Below, piece by piece: positions 44,355 through 58,629 of a stretch of 64,000 nucleotides of DNA (position 1 is the stretch's first letter; each line of letters opens with the position of its first letter). The position numbers and the translations under genes were made by a program. The stretch comes from Schizochytrium sp. TIO01. Its lineage: Eukaryota; Protista; Bigyra: Labyrinthulomycetes. The notes beneath the pieces are model-generated. The model was given only the letters and a program-made list of their open reading frames with translations, made no database searches and had not been told where the DNA came from. The stretch spans positions 62,001 through 126,000 of the forward strand of contig SMSO01000033.1 of the NCBI GenBank assembly GCA_004764695.1, given 5' to 3'.

Positions 44355-44687
44355 CATTCATTCATTCTCATTCATTCATTTTCACTCATTCTCATTCATT
44401 TTCATTCATTTTCATTCATTTTCATTCATTCGAATTCATTCTAATTCATTCTGATTCATTCGAATTCATTCGAATTCATTCATTTTCATTCATTTTCATT
44501 CATTCTAATTCATTCTGATTCATTCGAATTCATTCATTTTCATTCGAATTCATTCATTTTCATTCATTTTCATTCATTTTCATTCATTCTAATTCATTCT
44601 GATTCATTCGAATTCATTCTGATTCATTCGAATTCATTCTGATTCATTCATTCATTAACATATTCATCCATTAACATTCATTCATTT
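44355..44687. repeat. Complex (ATTC)n-derived satellite
   Basis: Mosaic of ATTC, ATTTTC, ATTCGAATTC, ATTCTGATTC and ATTCTAATTC units. Confidence 0.9.
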
Positions 44688-44907
44688 TCCGCTGATACCT
44701 TTGCGCAGCTGGATCGATTTGAAGCTTCTTTCTTCTTCTGCCCAACCTCCCTCGTTTGAAGACCTCGCAGCTTCGGTGCGAATGGGCCTTGCATCCATAA
44801 TTCTTCTCTCGCTCAACTCTCCGCATTCCTCACCCGTCAATTCGTCCGTTCTCGCTGTCTCCAATTGCGCTACCTGGGACCTCCTTGGATCGGCCCCCTT
44901 TCGCTGT

Positions 44908-44941
44908 CTTCTTCTTCTTCTTCTTCTTCTTCTTCTTCTTC
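44908..44941. repeat. (CTT)n microsatellite
   Basis: About 11 units. Confidence 0.9.
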
Positions 44942-47900
44942 AATTCCAACCATCTCAGTCACCGCTGCGCCACCAATGCCGTCAATGCCCAAGCAGCCTC
45001 TACACAGACAAACCGTCAAACAGCGAAGTCTCAACGGGCGGAGGCGGAAACTTGGTCTTTCCTCGCGGTCTCCGCGGTGTTGTGTTGTGTTGTGTTGTGT
45101 TGCGTCGATCGGCTCGACTTGGATGGCGAGTTGGATGGAGCAAGACGAGGATCCTGAGCGCTGAGCGAGTGACGCTTCGATTTGGATTTGACCGTTGATT
45201 ATTGATTGGTTTACGGGTCAGTTAGTTCACCAATGGATGGATTGTTGAACAACAATTAATTAAACTCTCGCAGTGCGTGCGTGCGTAATGCTCCACGGCA
45301 CATTCGGCTTGTCGGCCCACCCGTGTGCTGCACGTTGTGGCCGCTGCGTCGCACGTTTCCGCGGAGAGCGTGGGCTGCAGACTGATTGCCAAGTTCAACG
45401 ACGAGCGCTTTGACCCGTTGATTCGAAGCAGACGCGGAGACAGACGTGAAAGAACTCATGAATTCATTCAAGAATAACTCATGAATTCATTCTTGAATTC
45501 ATTCTTGAATGAATTCATGAATGAGTGAGTGCGTGGATTTACTTTCATTCTGTTCGAGCAGGTTTGCGAGAGCATGGGCGAATGAAATGAATGCGAGCGC
45601 TCTGGAGTCTTCAGGGTCTTCAGGGTCTTGGTTTTTCGTCAATCGAATGGCATTCATTGAAACTTTTGGACTGTGAGTGTACCTGACGGATCGCTTTCTT
45701 TGCGTGCTCCTGTCTGCTCACAGTTGCGCATCATCGAGACTACTTTCAGGTTGGCTGGAAACCTACCAACTTGCTCGAACAGCATCCCGCTCTTGAGGGA
45801 AATCGACACCACCGCAACTCGTGTCGTTGCCATCTAAATTAAACTAAACGTAGGTTGTCATTTATTTTGAAAATAAAAGTTTCATCTTTCAAGCACGTTA
45901 AATAGAAATAAACATATTTAATTTCTTCGTTACTGTCCCCCTCACATTGAAACGAAGTCAAGCAGGCAGGCAAATAAACTTCAGCACAAGAGTAATTCGG
46001 GTTGGCCTATTAAATTAAAAAGTTATAATAAAAGTGTTGTGTTATACATAGAGAGAATGTTTAAAAAAGAGACTTTAAAAAGTGCTACTGTCGAAGAGGT
46101 GAGATAATAAGGAACAGCGCTGCCGATAGTAAAGAACATACTAATCTCCTCTTAGCTGCTGCTATATGGAATAGAGCGATCCGACGGCCGTATCCTGGAG
46201 ACACTGGTGACGCGTCGACGAGGGTCCCATGTAATAGTAGTCATAAGAAGAAGAAAAGAAAAGAAAAGAAAAGAAAGGAAAGAGAAAGTTTACATCTTGA
46301 AAGCAAGCAAGAAAGAAAAGAATGGCTTTTGTTCAGTCTATTGATTCCTCCGCCGTTCCTTTCCTTTCGATTTCATCCTCCCTCCGCCTTTTAGCATCAT
46401 TTTCCAGCACTGCCTACGCTCACGGTTATAAAGCGCCGCTACGGTGGACTTGGATTGCAAAGCCACTGGCGGAACACAGCTGTTAAGTAGGTACGTGCAG
46501 CCTGCTTTTTGTTCGCAAGGACGGCATTTCTTTGAACGAAAGATTGGCACAGACGAGAGAAGATTCATTTCGCTCGCAATCATCTCTCTAAAAATTATCA
46601 TCAACTCAGCTTAAAAAAAAAAAAGCAAAGGAGCGGTTCGAATACACAGGCTCTTCGAAAGCGCAGTCTGGGTCGGCCATGGACCCACGAACTCCATCAC
46701 ATCAAGTCAAACGCTGCGCAGGCTGGTCGGCGCAGCTGCAGGCCTGCTCCGGAGCCTTCCCTCTCTCAATAACCCAGCGACAAACCCGCCAGCACGCAAG
46801 CACATTCACTCGCTCGCTCGCCAGTGCGGACGGCGCGACACACATTGTTATACATACATACATGCATACATACATACATTCTGCATCATATTATATTACA
46901 GAGGCACCGCACATACACATAATTTTGAGAGGATATGTGTAATGCATACATATATATATATATATACATAAGCACACGAGAGCTGGTTGACGTTTAAGCG
47001 AGAAGCTTTTCTATTCAAGTTCGAGGGAGATTTGTTTGACGACCTTTTTGGAGGCGACGGCAGCGCTGGGGCAGTTGATTTGGGTGGAAGGTGATACTCG
47101 CTGCTTGCGACCGCATCAAGGCGTGGGCCTCGAAAGGCTTCTTCGCTGCTTCATGGGTCAAGCGAGCACCGGCCAGAAGAGGGCTCTCGATCGATGAGCT
47201 GAGGAGCGCAATTCATTTCATTCTTTCTTTCTTCTTCGCATCGCTAAGTATCGACTGCAGTCGCCCCGCAGCAGGAGAAGCTACCGCGCCCACAGCCCCT
47301 GCACAAACTCAACCAGTTCAGCGCAATGTGGGGTAGAAAGACCTCGCTGAAGTGTGAACGAGGAGTATCTCGAAGCTCTTCCTTTCGTTCCATCCGTTCG
47401 AGGCGCATCTTATTATAGTTAGAATTAAGAGAGCCTAGTAGCAGTACCTTTTTATTTGTTGTTTTGTTTTGTTTAGTATTTTTTTTTTAAAATAAATATA
47501 TATATTTATTTATTTGTTAAAGAAGACAAAAGAAAAACACTTCAAAACAAAAGGAAAAACAAAAATAGAGATCACTTTTAAAATTTAGTTTTAAAATTTA
47601 GTTTTAAAATGCGGAAAGAAATAAAATAGTAAGTTTTCAGTAGTTGTCATTTGTTGAAGAGGGCTGACGATAATTTTTATTCGAAAAAAATAAATTAATA
47701 GAGAACAAGCAGGAATTACGTACCAAGAGAGAAAATATCAAGAGCTACTCTTTCAATCCAATCCTTTTGAGCATCATTAAACGCTCAGCGCTTACCTGAA
47801 TACCACATTAGCAACAAGAACAAACCACGAGGGCAAACGAGCCTATCTGATCTACCCTGCCATGTTAGGCAGCATATATTATGGTGCGCTCGAGCTTGCT

Positions 47901-50900
47901 GGCCAAATGGCTTGCTCGGTAGGACTGACTGACTGCTGCTAGCTGTTAGTCAGTCCTACGAGGATTCAGCCGAGGCACTATCATACATACATACATACAT
48001 ACATGACAGGCTTCGATACCTTCTTGGATGGCCCAAAGCATGCTTGGCAGCGCGAAGAAAGAAAGCTTCTCCAATAAGGTTCTGCTGCTCCAATAGCTCC
48101 CGTTGCTTAGCCGGTCGCCGGCCTTGGTCCTGCGGAGGTGGTGTCAAGCTCAGCACAGTAGTCTTCTTCTGAGCGAGTGAGTGAGTGTGTAAGAGGACCT
48201 TCGTTTGAGTTCATAGCGTTAACAAGTTACCTCTCAGCGAAGCCGCTCTTAAAACCCAGAAAGGGCGGCATAACTATCGTCAGATTCACATTCTAAAGAG
48301 TTCGGAGTCATAGGTATGTTTCGGTCAGGCCAAAGACGGTATTGGATTCGAAGTAAAAAGTTACGGATTTCGTGTCTGTTCTGAGCATGTTCCCAGGCAG
48401 GCAGGCAGGCAGGCAGCTTGGCCGAGTTCTCTGGTGCCATCCGAAAAGACGCACCGGGGCGACGCACCCTCGCAAGGCCCCGTTGCGTTGTTGGTGACGT
48501 CTCGTGATCAATTCGATCTGAGCTCAAAGCGCTCGAGACTGCAAAAGTAAAAGCAGAAGCGGTGCACTTTTCATGTCAATCTCGATCGATGCATTTGCCA
48601 ATGCGCGACTATTGTGGCGGCTAACTGCTACAGTTCGCTAGCAGCGGCGCTAGCGTACTTCGTAGTTCACCTCGGTTCTTTCTCAGTCATACCTTTAGTT
48701 TGGCCAACTATGGATGGCCAACATGAATGAAAGAGGCGTATGATACCTTCTAACTCAGGTAGGTTTGAGGTTTGCGAGTATCGAAGAATTGGGTTGCGAG
48801 CTGCAGGCTCTTGCGTATCTCTTTTGCTCGCGTCCTGAGTGCAGCGCTGAGCGCCTGAACTAGCCATGATGACAGAAAGTTCTGGGAGTGAGTTGATGAG
48901 TGAGTGAGTGAGTGAGTGCGTGAACATTCGAGGTACCTCGGTTCTTCTGCTGAGAATCACTCGAGCGAATCAGCGTTGCGCGTGAGTCTTTGAAAGGGAG
49001 TCTTCTTCGTCTGCCAGTGGTTCTTCAGCATCTATGCAGTCCGGCGACCTTGCTGCTGTTGATTACTTGGCCAGGCAGCGCCTCTCTCGGCGAGTGAAGA
49101 ACTTGGCACATGGCTGGATCGAGGCAGTTTGAAGCGCAAGCATATCCGGGTACGTGCCTGTAAGTGCCTCCGGGAAGAACCCGGCAGAGACTGGTACCAG
49201 TACATACATCCATCCATCCATTTCGCTACTTTCGAAGAGCACGGGAATATTCCAACTCTGAATTTGCCTTCTGCAACCGATATCTGTGCAGGAGTTTGTT
49301 ATCCTCGCCGATTCCTGCTCCGCCATCGTTTTGCCATTACACTTGCAAGTACCTTGGAACGACCTAGTTGCAACCCACTCGGACATTTACATCAGTGACC
49401 GTTTCGAAGTCCCGTTTGAAGTCCAAGCGCATGCATCTCCAGCTGTTTGTCTCGACCAACGTGAAGTTTGTTTGGCCCTGTGCAGCAAAACCTGAAGCAC
49501 AAAGCCAACATCGCCATGCGGACAATCCCCGTCTTGCCGGCAGGCACTGTTCCCGTCGCTTTCCATCATAACGAACCGTGTTTCCTGCTGCGAGCAATCT
49601 TTCACGGCATGTTTTTGACGTCAGGGGAACTCGTGCGTTGAACTTGGCCGAGTTCAACGCGTTGATCGCGGGTTCACCGCAACGAAGATCCACAGGCTCA
49701 AGCTGCTCTCTCTGTCATGGGAAGGAGGTTAGTGTCTCTCGATGGAACGCAGGCGAGGCCAGCTTGGTCTTGAACGTCTTCAGCGCCAGAGACGTCTTGA
49801 GAAGCTTGTGGAGAGCGATTCCTCGCTCCGGAGCACCTGCGAGCACGCACCGATCTATGTGGTTCTGAAGGCCGTGGCATCAATAATGCCGTCTTCACCT
49901 CGGGAATGTGCATACCTCCGGTGCGAGTGACGTTCGGGAGAGAGGCCGTCGCGAGCGAGGTTTGTAGAGAAGGCGGACTCGAAGTAGAGAACTTGACAGA
50001 CCAGGATCGTGGCTTTAGATTTGATGGTGCAAACGGATGCGCGATCGCTCTTGAGTTTGACGCTGACTAACAGATGGTAGAGCTGTCTACGAGAAACTCG
50101 TAAGGGATGAGAAACGAGATCTTTGGGAGCCGAGTGGGCTTTTGAAGGAGCTATGGTATCCATTTTCGAAGGCGCAAGAGACATAGAGACGCCGTGCGGA
50201 AGAAGGTCGAGAGGCAGAGATGAGGGCGAGCTGGGAAGGGGTAGCAGGAGGAGGAGTGCAGCAAATGCACATGCGAGACTGATCTTCATTCAACTCGTTG
50301 CGAGCTGCCGATGGAAACGCATTTCCGATACATGAGGGTACCGTTCTTTTGACCCTCCAGAAAAAGACAAGAAAAGAAAAGAGAAAGAAAGCGTGACAGA
50401 AGGAAGGATTATTTTATAAATAAACTCATTCTAAATGGCCGAAGGAGATAGATAAAAACTCATACCCATCTAATTCTTCTTTTATAAAAAGCTTTTATTT
50501 TTAAACAAAATAAAATTTTATAATGATATATAAATTTGTATAAAACGAAGAAGCCAAAACAAAGCTTCTATTCCGCGCAATTGCTTTTCATTTTAACTTA
50601 AAACAAACATACAAGAAATAAAACAAATAATAAAATAAATGTTTCGTTCACTATTGCTACTTTATTATTTATATAAAGTATAAAGAGCAATATGGGACTT
50701 GCAATTAGGAACTTGAAGGGCCGAAAGAAAGGGAAAGAGAAGGAAGGACCCGAAGAATTCAAGCGGTAAGGCTCCGACGTTAGGAGCAGTAAGAGAAAAG
50801 AGAGACAGGAGCAAATATGAGGAACAAATAAACAAAGGAATGAGCATATTCATCATATGCATACCGTGACGCAGGAACTATTCACAACTTGGCATCGCCG

Positions 50901-53900
50901 GTGACAGAGCTGGGACCAACCGACTAGACTGAATGACTCTCTCGGCCGGCGCTTTCACGAAAAGCACATTTGGCTGGCTGGCTGGATTGCTGGCTGACGG
51001 GCTTGTGCAGAAGAAGAGAAGAGCGACTTAAGCTGGCAAGGCCATTCATTCACTGCTTCGTGCATTTATCGGTGGCGATCCTCGAGTTTTTTGAACAAGT
51101 TCTTGGACTACCGTTGAGACTATCAAGCCGGTAGGTGAGGAGTGGGTAGCTGGCGATATAGTAGAACGAGATGGGGGTTTTAGCTTGAAAAGTCACCTAG
51201 ATTCAAAGAAGAAGAAGAAGAAGAAGAAGAAGAAGAATCGTAAAGATCGATTGCATCATCATCATCATCATGAGCATGATCATCATCATCGTGAAATCAA
51301 AATGAGCGTTTACAGCGCACGCTTGAATTGAGGATGAATTGTGAAAAAGAATAGCAAAAGGTGGGTTCTTCGCCCGGTTCTTCGACGACTCCATTGCACC
51401 TCGTCCACAGTTCTTTTGAAATACGTCAAGAACGAGGCTCGAAGCACACACGATCTGATGCTCGAAGAGCTGATGCTCACAACCTAAGTCCAACAATTTG
51501 AGAAGAACGAATATCCATGAGTTTGCCTGCCTGCAGAAGTGGGGTTTTGCTCCGCGGCGAAAAGGAAAGGGATGTAGGCAGGTGCATAGGCATTCATGCT
51601 ATCCTCGGGAATTTATTGGGCCAATAACTGGACTCCACGGGTAAATAAGCAATAGCCACATACTACATACTGGTTTCAAGCAGCTTCAATCGCTTCGTCT
51701 CGTTTCCGGGCGAACGAGGAACAGAGTGATCATCTCCGTTCAGTTTCTCTCTGTGTGTGTGTTTGATGTAGACTTTGATGAGTGATCCATTGATTATCTC
51801 TTCATCGTCATTAAGACTGTGCAATTCTCTCGTAGAAACGCTTTGACATAAAAAGCTGTTGAGTTTCTCTCGGATCAAAACTCTGTTGGAGCGAACTGGG
51901 ACTGCTTCGAACGAGTTCTGGCAACGCTGGGATCATGAGCTTCGTCGAAGTTCAAGAAACACTCGTGAATAATTGAATCCTCGATTCGCCAATGCTGCAC
52001 GATGTTCAAAGATCTCCAAGCTGCATAGTTCGATCTCTCTCCGGCTAAGATACTTACAAGGTAAACAAGCCTTCATCAAGTTCGTGGGACACCAATTCGT
52101 TTCTATTCTTGAATTATTTAAAAGATGGTAGAAACAAGACAGAACAGTTGAGTCGAAAGAGACTAATCAATAGAAAAGTCGAAGAGCGACGCGATGAAAA
52201 GTCTTCGCCGTGAAGACGTGTGTCTCAAAGAATCTGCTTATCTTTGAATTGCCAGGACTACCTACTATTACGATTTTGCGATGAAAATATGCTAGCCAGG
52301 AGCAAAATTCTATTAAAATGAGAAAGCTTTTAACCTTCTCTCAGCGGCCGGAGTTTCTTTAATTCGCCAATTAGCATAATACTTTTTACACTTAATTTCA
52401 AAATAAATGATGAGAGAGGCAGACATTATTAATTAAATATAAATTATTTAAAGTAAGTATTTTTCTTTTCACTAAGGTGACTAGTACTACTGTAAAACGT
52501 GCACTGTTATTAAATTATGAGGTGCACCACTATAAAATAGCAAAATATTCTTGTTTGTTCATAAAATCATTTCATGCTTATTATTTTTTTAGTTTTTAAA
52601 ATTAAAATAATTGTATAAATAGTTTTAAAAAGAGAAAATGTTAAGTAAAGATGCGCTGAACCTCAGGTGACGCCGCGTCGTCATCGTCAGCCCTTTTGGT
52701 ACTATTCAAAAGTGTCTCCAGCGATGCTTTTATATACCACTGATAAAGGTAGCCTAGATTACAGCCTAAGAGAGGGAAACAAAAACCAATCTTGCTATGG
52801 CCTTATACCACTGCTACTCGTAACAGATAGAAGTGGTGCAGAAGCTATAGTTTTATATGTGATGATGGTGAAAATAAAAGTTAGGTTAAAATAAATAAAT
52901 AAAGAAATATAAAACAATTAGATTCACAAGAAATGAAAGGAGGGGGGACACACATAAGCGGTCCAATCTCGCGAGGAGGAGGGTGTGGCATACGCGACAG
53001 CTCATATGTGATTCAAGGCACGCACTAGAAAGGCCACTTTCGATATGGTCCTAATAAACCGTTGCTCAGAGATTCGAGACAATCGGCGAATCGATGAATG
53101 GGTCGAGGTTGTTGTTGCCGATCGATGAATAAGAACCTAATGAGGACAGTTTCGTTTCTCCTGTGCTATTAAGTTTCACAAAGTTATAAGCTTTTTCTTT
53201 TTCAACTAAAAAACGATGACTCGGAAGGAAGAGGATAGGGAAAAAGCCTAAGAGCCAAACTTGTGAACATGGTGCCAGCCAAGTCTGTGATATATTCTTA
53301 GCACCACTGGACTTGATAACTCAGTTGCTCTTAAAACCAATAACCTCAGACAGTTTAATCTAGTTACTGGCAATTCTTTTATTGGGTGCATTTGCTTCCA
53401 TCCTGCCGAAGCGTCGCCTTACCGTTCTTGCTTATGCATTTATTGCATGTGCAGCACAATCGCTTATTTCGAGTGGCTTTCCGCATCACCCACTTTTTAA
53501 AGGGATAAACAGCGTACACAGGGTAGAAGAGAACGCAACCAGCCGCATCATCATGGATTTCCAGCGTTATCGTTTAGTAGTACAAAAGAAGCAAAGCAAT
53601 ATAACATTCCCTACGAAAAGCTGATCATGGTGACGATGCTGACTCGACTCGTCAAAGGCTTCCTTTTCACAAAGTGATTTCTGAAAAGATGTCTTAAATC
53701 GAATAATTCGGATGTATGTATATAATAAATATGTGTGTATGACGCCAGCGCCCCATATGAGGTTTGCTTTCAATTCTTTTTCAAAGAAATGCGCATGTTT
53801 TGGTTTCCTCCATCTTCAGACTCCTTGTAAACCTATAGTTAATTTGGTAATGTTCCTAGCTTTCTGAAAAGCTCCATCTCATCACGAACCTACTTAAGAA

Positions 53901-56900
53901 GCTGCAGTTTTTAATAATTTAGAATCGTTACCTTTGAAATCTTTCGTCGACTTCCTTCTGGGCATATAACTACTTTTATAGATATATCTGCAAATGCCAA
54001 GATGATTGATCGCATCATTCACCGTTTTCACGTTTCTGCCGTTTTCGTCAACGATGGCAAGTTCTGGAAGCACATGATTAATTCATTGAATATGCAGTCA
54101 GTCGCGAGGCGACGCAGAGAAAGAAGCGGCCTGGAGGACTTTGAAGTGTTGTGAGTAATTACACTGTTTTTCACAAGGTCAATTCAATAGAAAAACCGCA
54201 GTTCCTAGAGTTCTTTCGACACTAAAATAGCATTCCTCACCTGCATGTTAGTCAATATCCCTGGCGTCAGAGCTATTGCTTTATAAAAGTAGATTTGAAG
54301 ATCAACCTGGCGCCCGTTTAGTTTTAAGCTCTCAATTCATCAGTGAGAAGAGGTTGTTTTTTATTTGTTGAAAAAAATAGAAAACAAGAAAAAGAAAAAA
54401 GAAGGAGGTGTTCAAACGAAAGACGTCACAAAAGCAAAACTAATAAGAGGCAGGCAGCCATAGGAAACGAGGAGAAATGAGGTGTGAAATAAGGAGGTGA
54501 CGCGACGAAGCCTGATAAGAGAAGGCTTTTGAAAAAGCATTCGCGAGGTCGACCCCACACAGGCTATAGTATTCAAAGCTTTCGAAAACAAAGCAACTTC
54601 TCCAAGATGAAGAGGCCGAGGTAATCGCCGGCTGTTATGCATTATTCTTTCATGCATACACATATAAACATACATACGTGCCTACGGTGGGCCTTCTCGG
54701 AGCCCAGAGAACAACGCCAACTCCAATCTCAATCTATATCTATATCTATATCTCGATTTCTATTTCAAAGTTTGTTTCCAGTGCTGCCAGCTGATTGATC
54801 GATGCTTTCTCTAGAGTAGCACTGGGCTTAGCAGTCATAGGCAGGCACTAGGAAGCTGACTGAGCTGAGCAGAGTTGAGCTGAGCATAGCTGAGTGGCGC
54901 TGAGCTCTTTTTCAAAGGCAAGGAAGCCATCGAATAAATAGAACGCAGAGCCATAGCAGGAGTCGCTTTCATTCCCCGAGTCCTCTTCCCTCGCAGATGT
55001 TTGTTAGCAATGTTCCATTTGCGACTTGAAACATTTATTATTTCCATGTTTTATCATCTTTGTAATTAACTTTAGTTTAAAATTAAAAGTCTAAAATAAA
55101 ATCAATTCGAAGAATAAAGAGGGTGTTTCAAGTTGTCTTTATACTTTAATATTATATATTATTTTATTTTTCTAATTTTAAGAAAGGTTATGATCGAAAG
55201 AAAATGAGAATAATAATGCATTGAAATTGAAGCTGTCGTCTATTTCCGTAGCTAACAGGAAACGGACTCAATGGATTGATCGCCAATTTCCTATGGATGT
55301 TGTACGTACCAGTCCACGCGCAGCACAGACGCTCAGAGCGGGAAGAAGACCCAATCACAGTCGGCGTATCCGATTGATCAGTCGATAGTACATATATCAT
55401 CAAAATTAATAGATCGATCGAACGTTTATGCAAATGCTTTTTTTCCACCAGGCACTACGAGGTACTCCTGCTAACTATCGCCTACGAAGGCATACTGCTT
55501 CTTGCGTTCACTTTTTTCAAAGAACTTCTTCGTCTTCAAAAAGAACAGAACCTTTATGATACCAGTGAACTCCATTCAGTTCGTTGGCTACCACTGCTTT
55601 GCTCCACATTTCTCACTTATGCCCATCGACCTTCACATCAATCTCAGGCCTCCGTTCTTCTTCGCGAAACAAACCGACTTCGATCAATTTTTCATCCCTC
55701 CACGCACGCAGTCTCACCGTGTGCTAGCTTAGCTGCGTCAGAGATGCTGAAGTTCTTCAACTCTTCAATTCTTCAACTCTTCAAATTTTCAAATCTTGAA
55801 TCCTTCGATTCTTCGACTCTTTTCAAGTCTTCGGTTCTTGTGCAGAACTCCATCGCAGCTACTGCATCGTCCACGTTTGCGAAGAAGCCTTCGAGAGGTC
55901 TCTGCCACTGCAACGCACGTGCTACTTATTGGGGCCGAGATTCTCTCTCGTTTCTTGTTGTCTTCTCAGCTAACTAACTCTATATGAGTTCGCTACGGCT
56001 GTCTCTCTCCTTTTATCTATTGGTATTACACAGGTAGTAAGTATGCATAGGCAGGAACTATTGGGAAGCTACCTACTATTTACTATCATCGTATCGATCG
56101 TGACCAAAGAAGCAGAAGGACACGGGCAAAGGATGTATATATCTGTTGTACACAAAGGAGGAGATGCATGCAGGAGCGTACATACGTGTGCCTATGCTTG
56201 TTCTCGCAAGAAAGGAAATCAGTCAATGAATAAGAGGCTTCTTTTGTAAAGCGCCGCGATTCCATTGTGGCCGTTTACTCCGAGGCATGGGAGTAGAACT
56301 AGCTATGCGAGGCATAGGACAGGTCGAAGCTTCCCCGTTGAATTAAATTAAAAAGCTTGAAGTGAAATCGCTTCTTTCTCCGTCCTTTTGCAAATAAATA
56401 AACGCGAAAACCAATGCATAAATGGAAAGGTGGTTAGGTAGTTGGTTAGACGCTGCGAAGCCTCCCATGAATAGAGGATCAGGCATTCCTCATGAATGAG
56501 CAGGCATACGTGTTTATGAGTCTATTTTCTATGAGTCTATTTTTTTAAAAGTTGTATTTATGTTCACTCACTCGCTGCATCTGCGCTGAACGCGGTCTCT
56601 TTGTAGCCTTCATTTCTCATTACTTTCTACGATCATTATTTTTTAAAATGAAGATTAATACTAAAACTAGAGTAAAAATCAAAGTCATTCTCAGTGCTTG
56701 CTTCATCTTTATCTTTTCCTGCTTTTCCTTACTCGCCAAAAGAGACCTGGAGAGAAAGAATAATAAGTTTTTCCCCCTGTACCGTTCTTTCGTTTTCCGT
56801 CATTATTGTGCTGTCCTCCTTTGCGTCGTTCATGCCGCTATTGCTGTTTGCTTGGTCCTGGTTTTTGGCTCCTTTGGAGAACTCGGAGCGACAACGTGGG

Positions 56901-58629
56901 TACTAGTATCTATTCATGGCTGTGAAACAGAAGGAATGGAGCGTTAAAATAAGCACAAACAGCGCCTGAGAGAGTGATCGAGAACGTATTTTTAGTGTGG
57001 CCGTCCTTCTTTCTTCTTTCGGGTGGTAGTGTTTCTTCTTCTTATTTTTTTTTTAATTCTTCTTATTTTCAAATCAACTTAGTATCATTTTATTAAATTA
57101 TTCATCCTGCTAATAGTAGTAATAATAATAATAATTTAGAGAAAAGGTGAAAATAAGCGACAGCAAAAGTTAAAGGAAAGGGCCGATGACGAGATGGAGC
57201 TCTTAAAACATAAATGAAAAGAAAGAAAAGAAAGAGAGTAGCTGCGTTTATTTCTTCATAGGTGTGAATCGATGATGATGCCACATCCTCTCTCTCTCTC
57301 TCTCTCTCTTGGCTTGGCTTGGCTTGGCTTTAGGTACCCCAGTTGGTAGGTACCTGCTTACCTACTGCTGAGGTGTTGGCAGGAGAATAAAGATTTGTTT
57401 ACGAGGAAAAAAGAAACACACCAACAAACAAAAGATTCTCTTCTTTCTGCTTTCTGTTCTTTCTCCTTTTCTTTTCTTTTTTTAAAACTTAATTTTCCTG
57501 CAAGTTTTTCGTATTTCTTTTTGCGAGTATTTACTCTAGAGTTTTTCTCAAATGAGGAACACGCGCCGCATTCTGTGAGCTTTCCGTTGCCTCGATTTGT
57601 TGCTCGAAGCCGCCAACAGAGTCTAAGAAGCAGTTGCTTTGCCCAAGAATGCCTATATAGCCCACCGATAGATAGAATGAAACAAAGAGAGGCGGGCTGA
57701 GCTTATGATAACAACAGATGAACCATCATCATCATGTGTTTGCACGAAAGTACGCGGCCTCCTTTGTGTGAACTATTCTTTTAATTTATAGTTTAAGAGA
57801 ATAAGTGAAAAGAAACTACTTTCAAGGCATACTGCTTTAGTTGCTGTTCTATTGTTTTGAATAAAGAATATTGATGATGAGTGAAAGGCGAATGAACCAC
57901 TGCTCACTGACTACAACAGCAGGATGTTCAATTGTGCACAAAGAAGAAGAAGGTGCTCGAAGTCCAAGAAACGTGGGATTTGACACCCTTGAAGGACCAT
58001 GGTGACGCGGAGAAAGCCTGTACCGTCGGACTCGTAATGAGGCGATGATGCCATCAATGGAGGCGTTGAAGGCAGCCAGCCAGCTGTGAGCGCATGACGG
58101 AGTGCTTTCCTTCAAGAAGAAAAAAAAACTAAAAACTTTTGTTTACCAAAGTTTATGTTTTTTTTTTGTTTTTTTAATTTATTTTTTTAATAAAAATATT
58201 TCTAACAAAATACTTTATTTATTCCAAAGAATGGGGAAACATAATACCATCTAACAAAAGCCAGAAGTGCAAAGTAAAATAAAGTTTTCAATTTGGTAAG
58301 AATTTCCTCCTTTTTTTTAAAAATTCTTTAAAAAGCGCAGAGCGAACAAACAAAGAAACAATCACTCAATTACTTTCTCACCAGAGCCGCAAGCAAAGTC
58401 AGAACGCCTTCGCTCGCCACGTCTGCCTTGCCGCGTGCAGATCGAGGTCCTCTGCGGTCTACAAGCAAGCTCCTAGGGAAGCTTGGTCCAGACCCTTCTT
58501 GGAGGAACAGCAGCGGCAACTGTAGCAGCAGCAGCAGCAGCAGTAGCAGCAGCTGCATCAGAACCAGAACACTCGGAGCGGCGCAGCCGCATCGGCATCA
58601 GCACCACGCCCGCCTCATCTTCGCTGAGC

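Noticed and set aside
46625-46660. GGTTCGAAT T-loop-like motif (a similar one lies at ~36254) as tRNA
   Set aside because: No cloverleaf, acceptor stem or A-box can be formed.
58483-58629. Track start of the Myb gene
   Set aside because: It is a TTG start; the first ATG is at 58630. The same applies to track starts 18025 and 62391.
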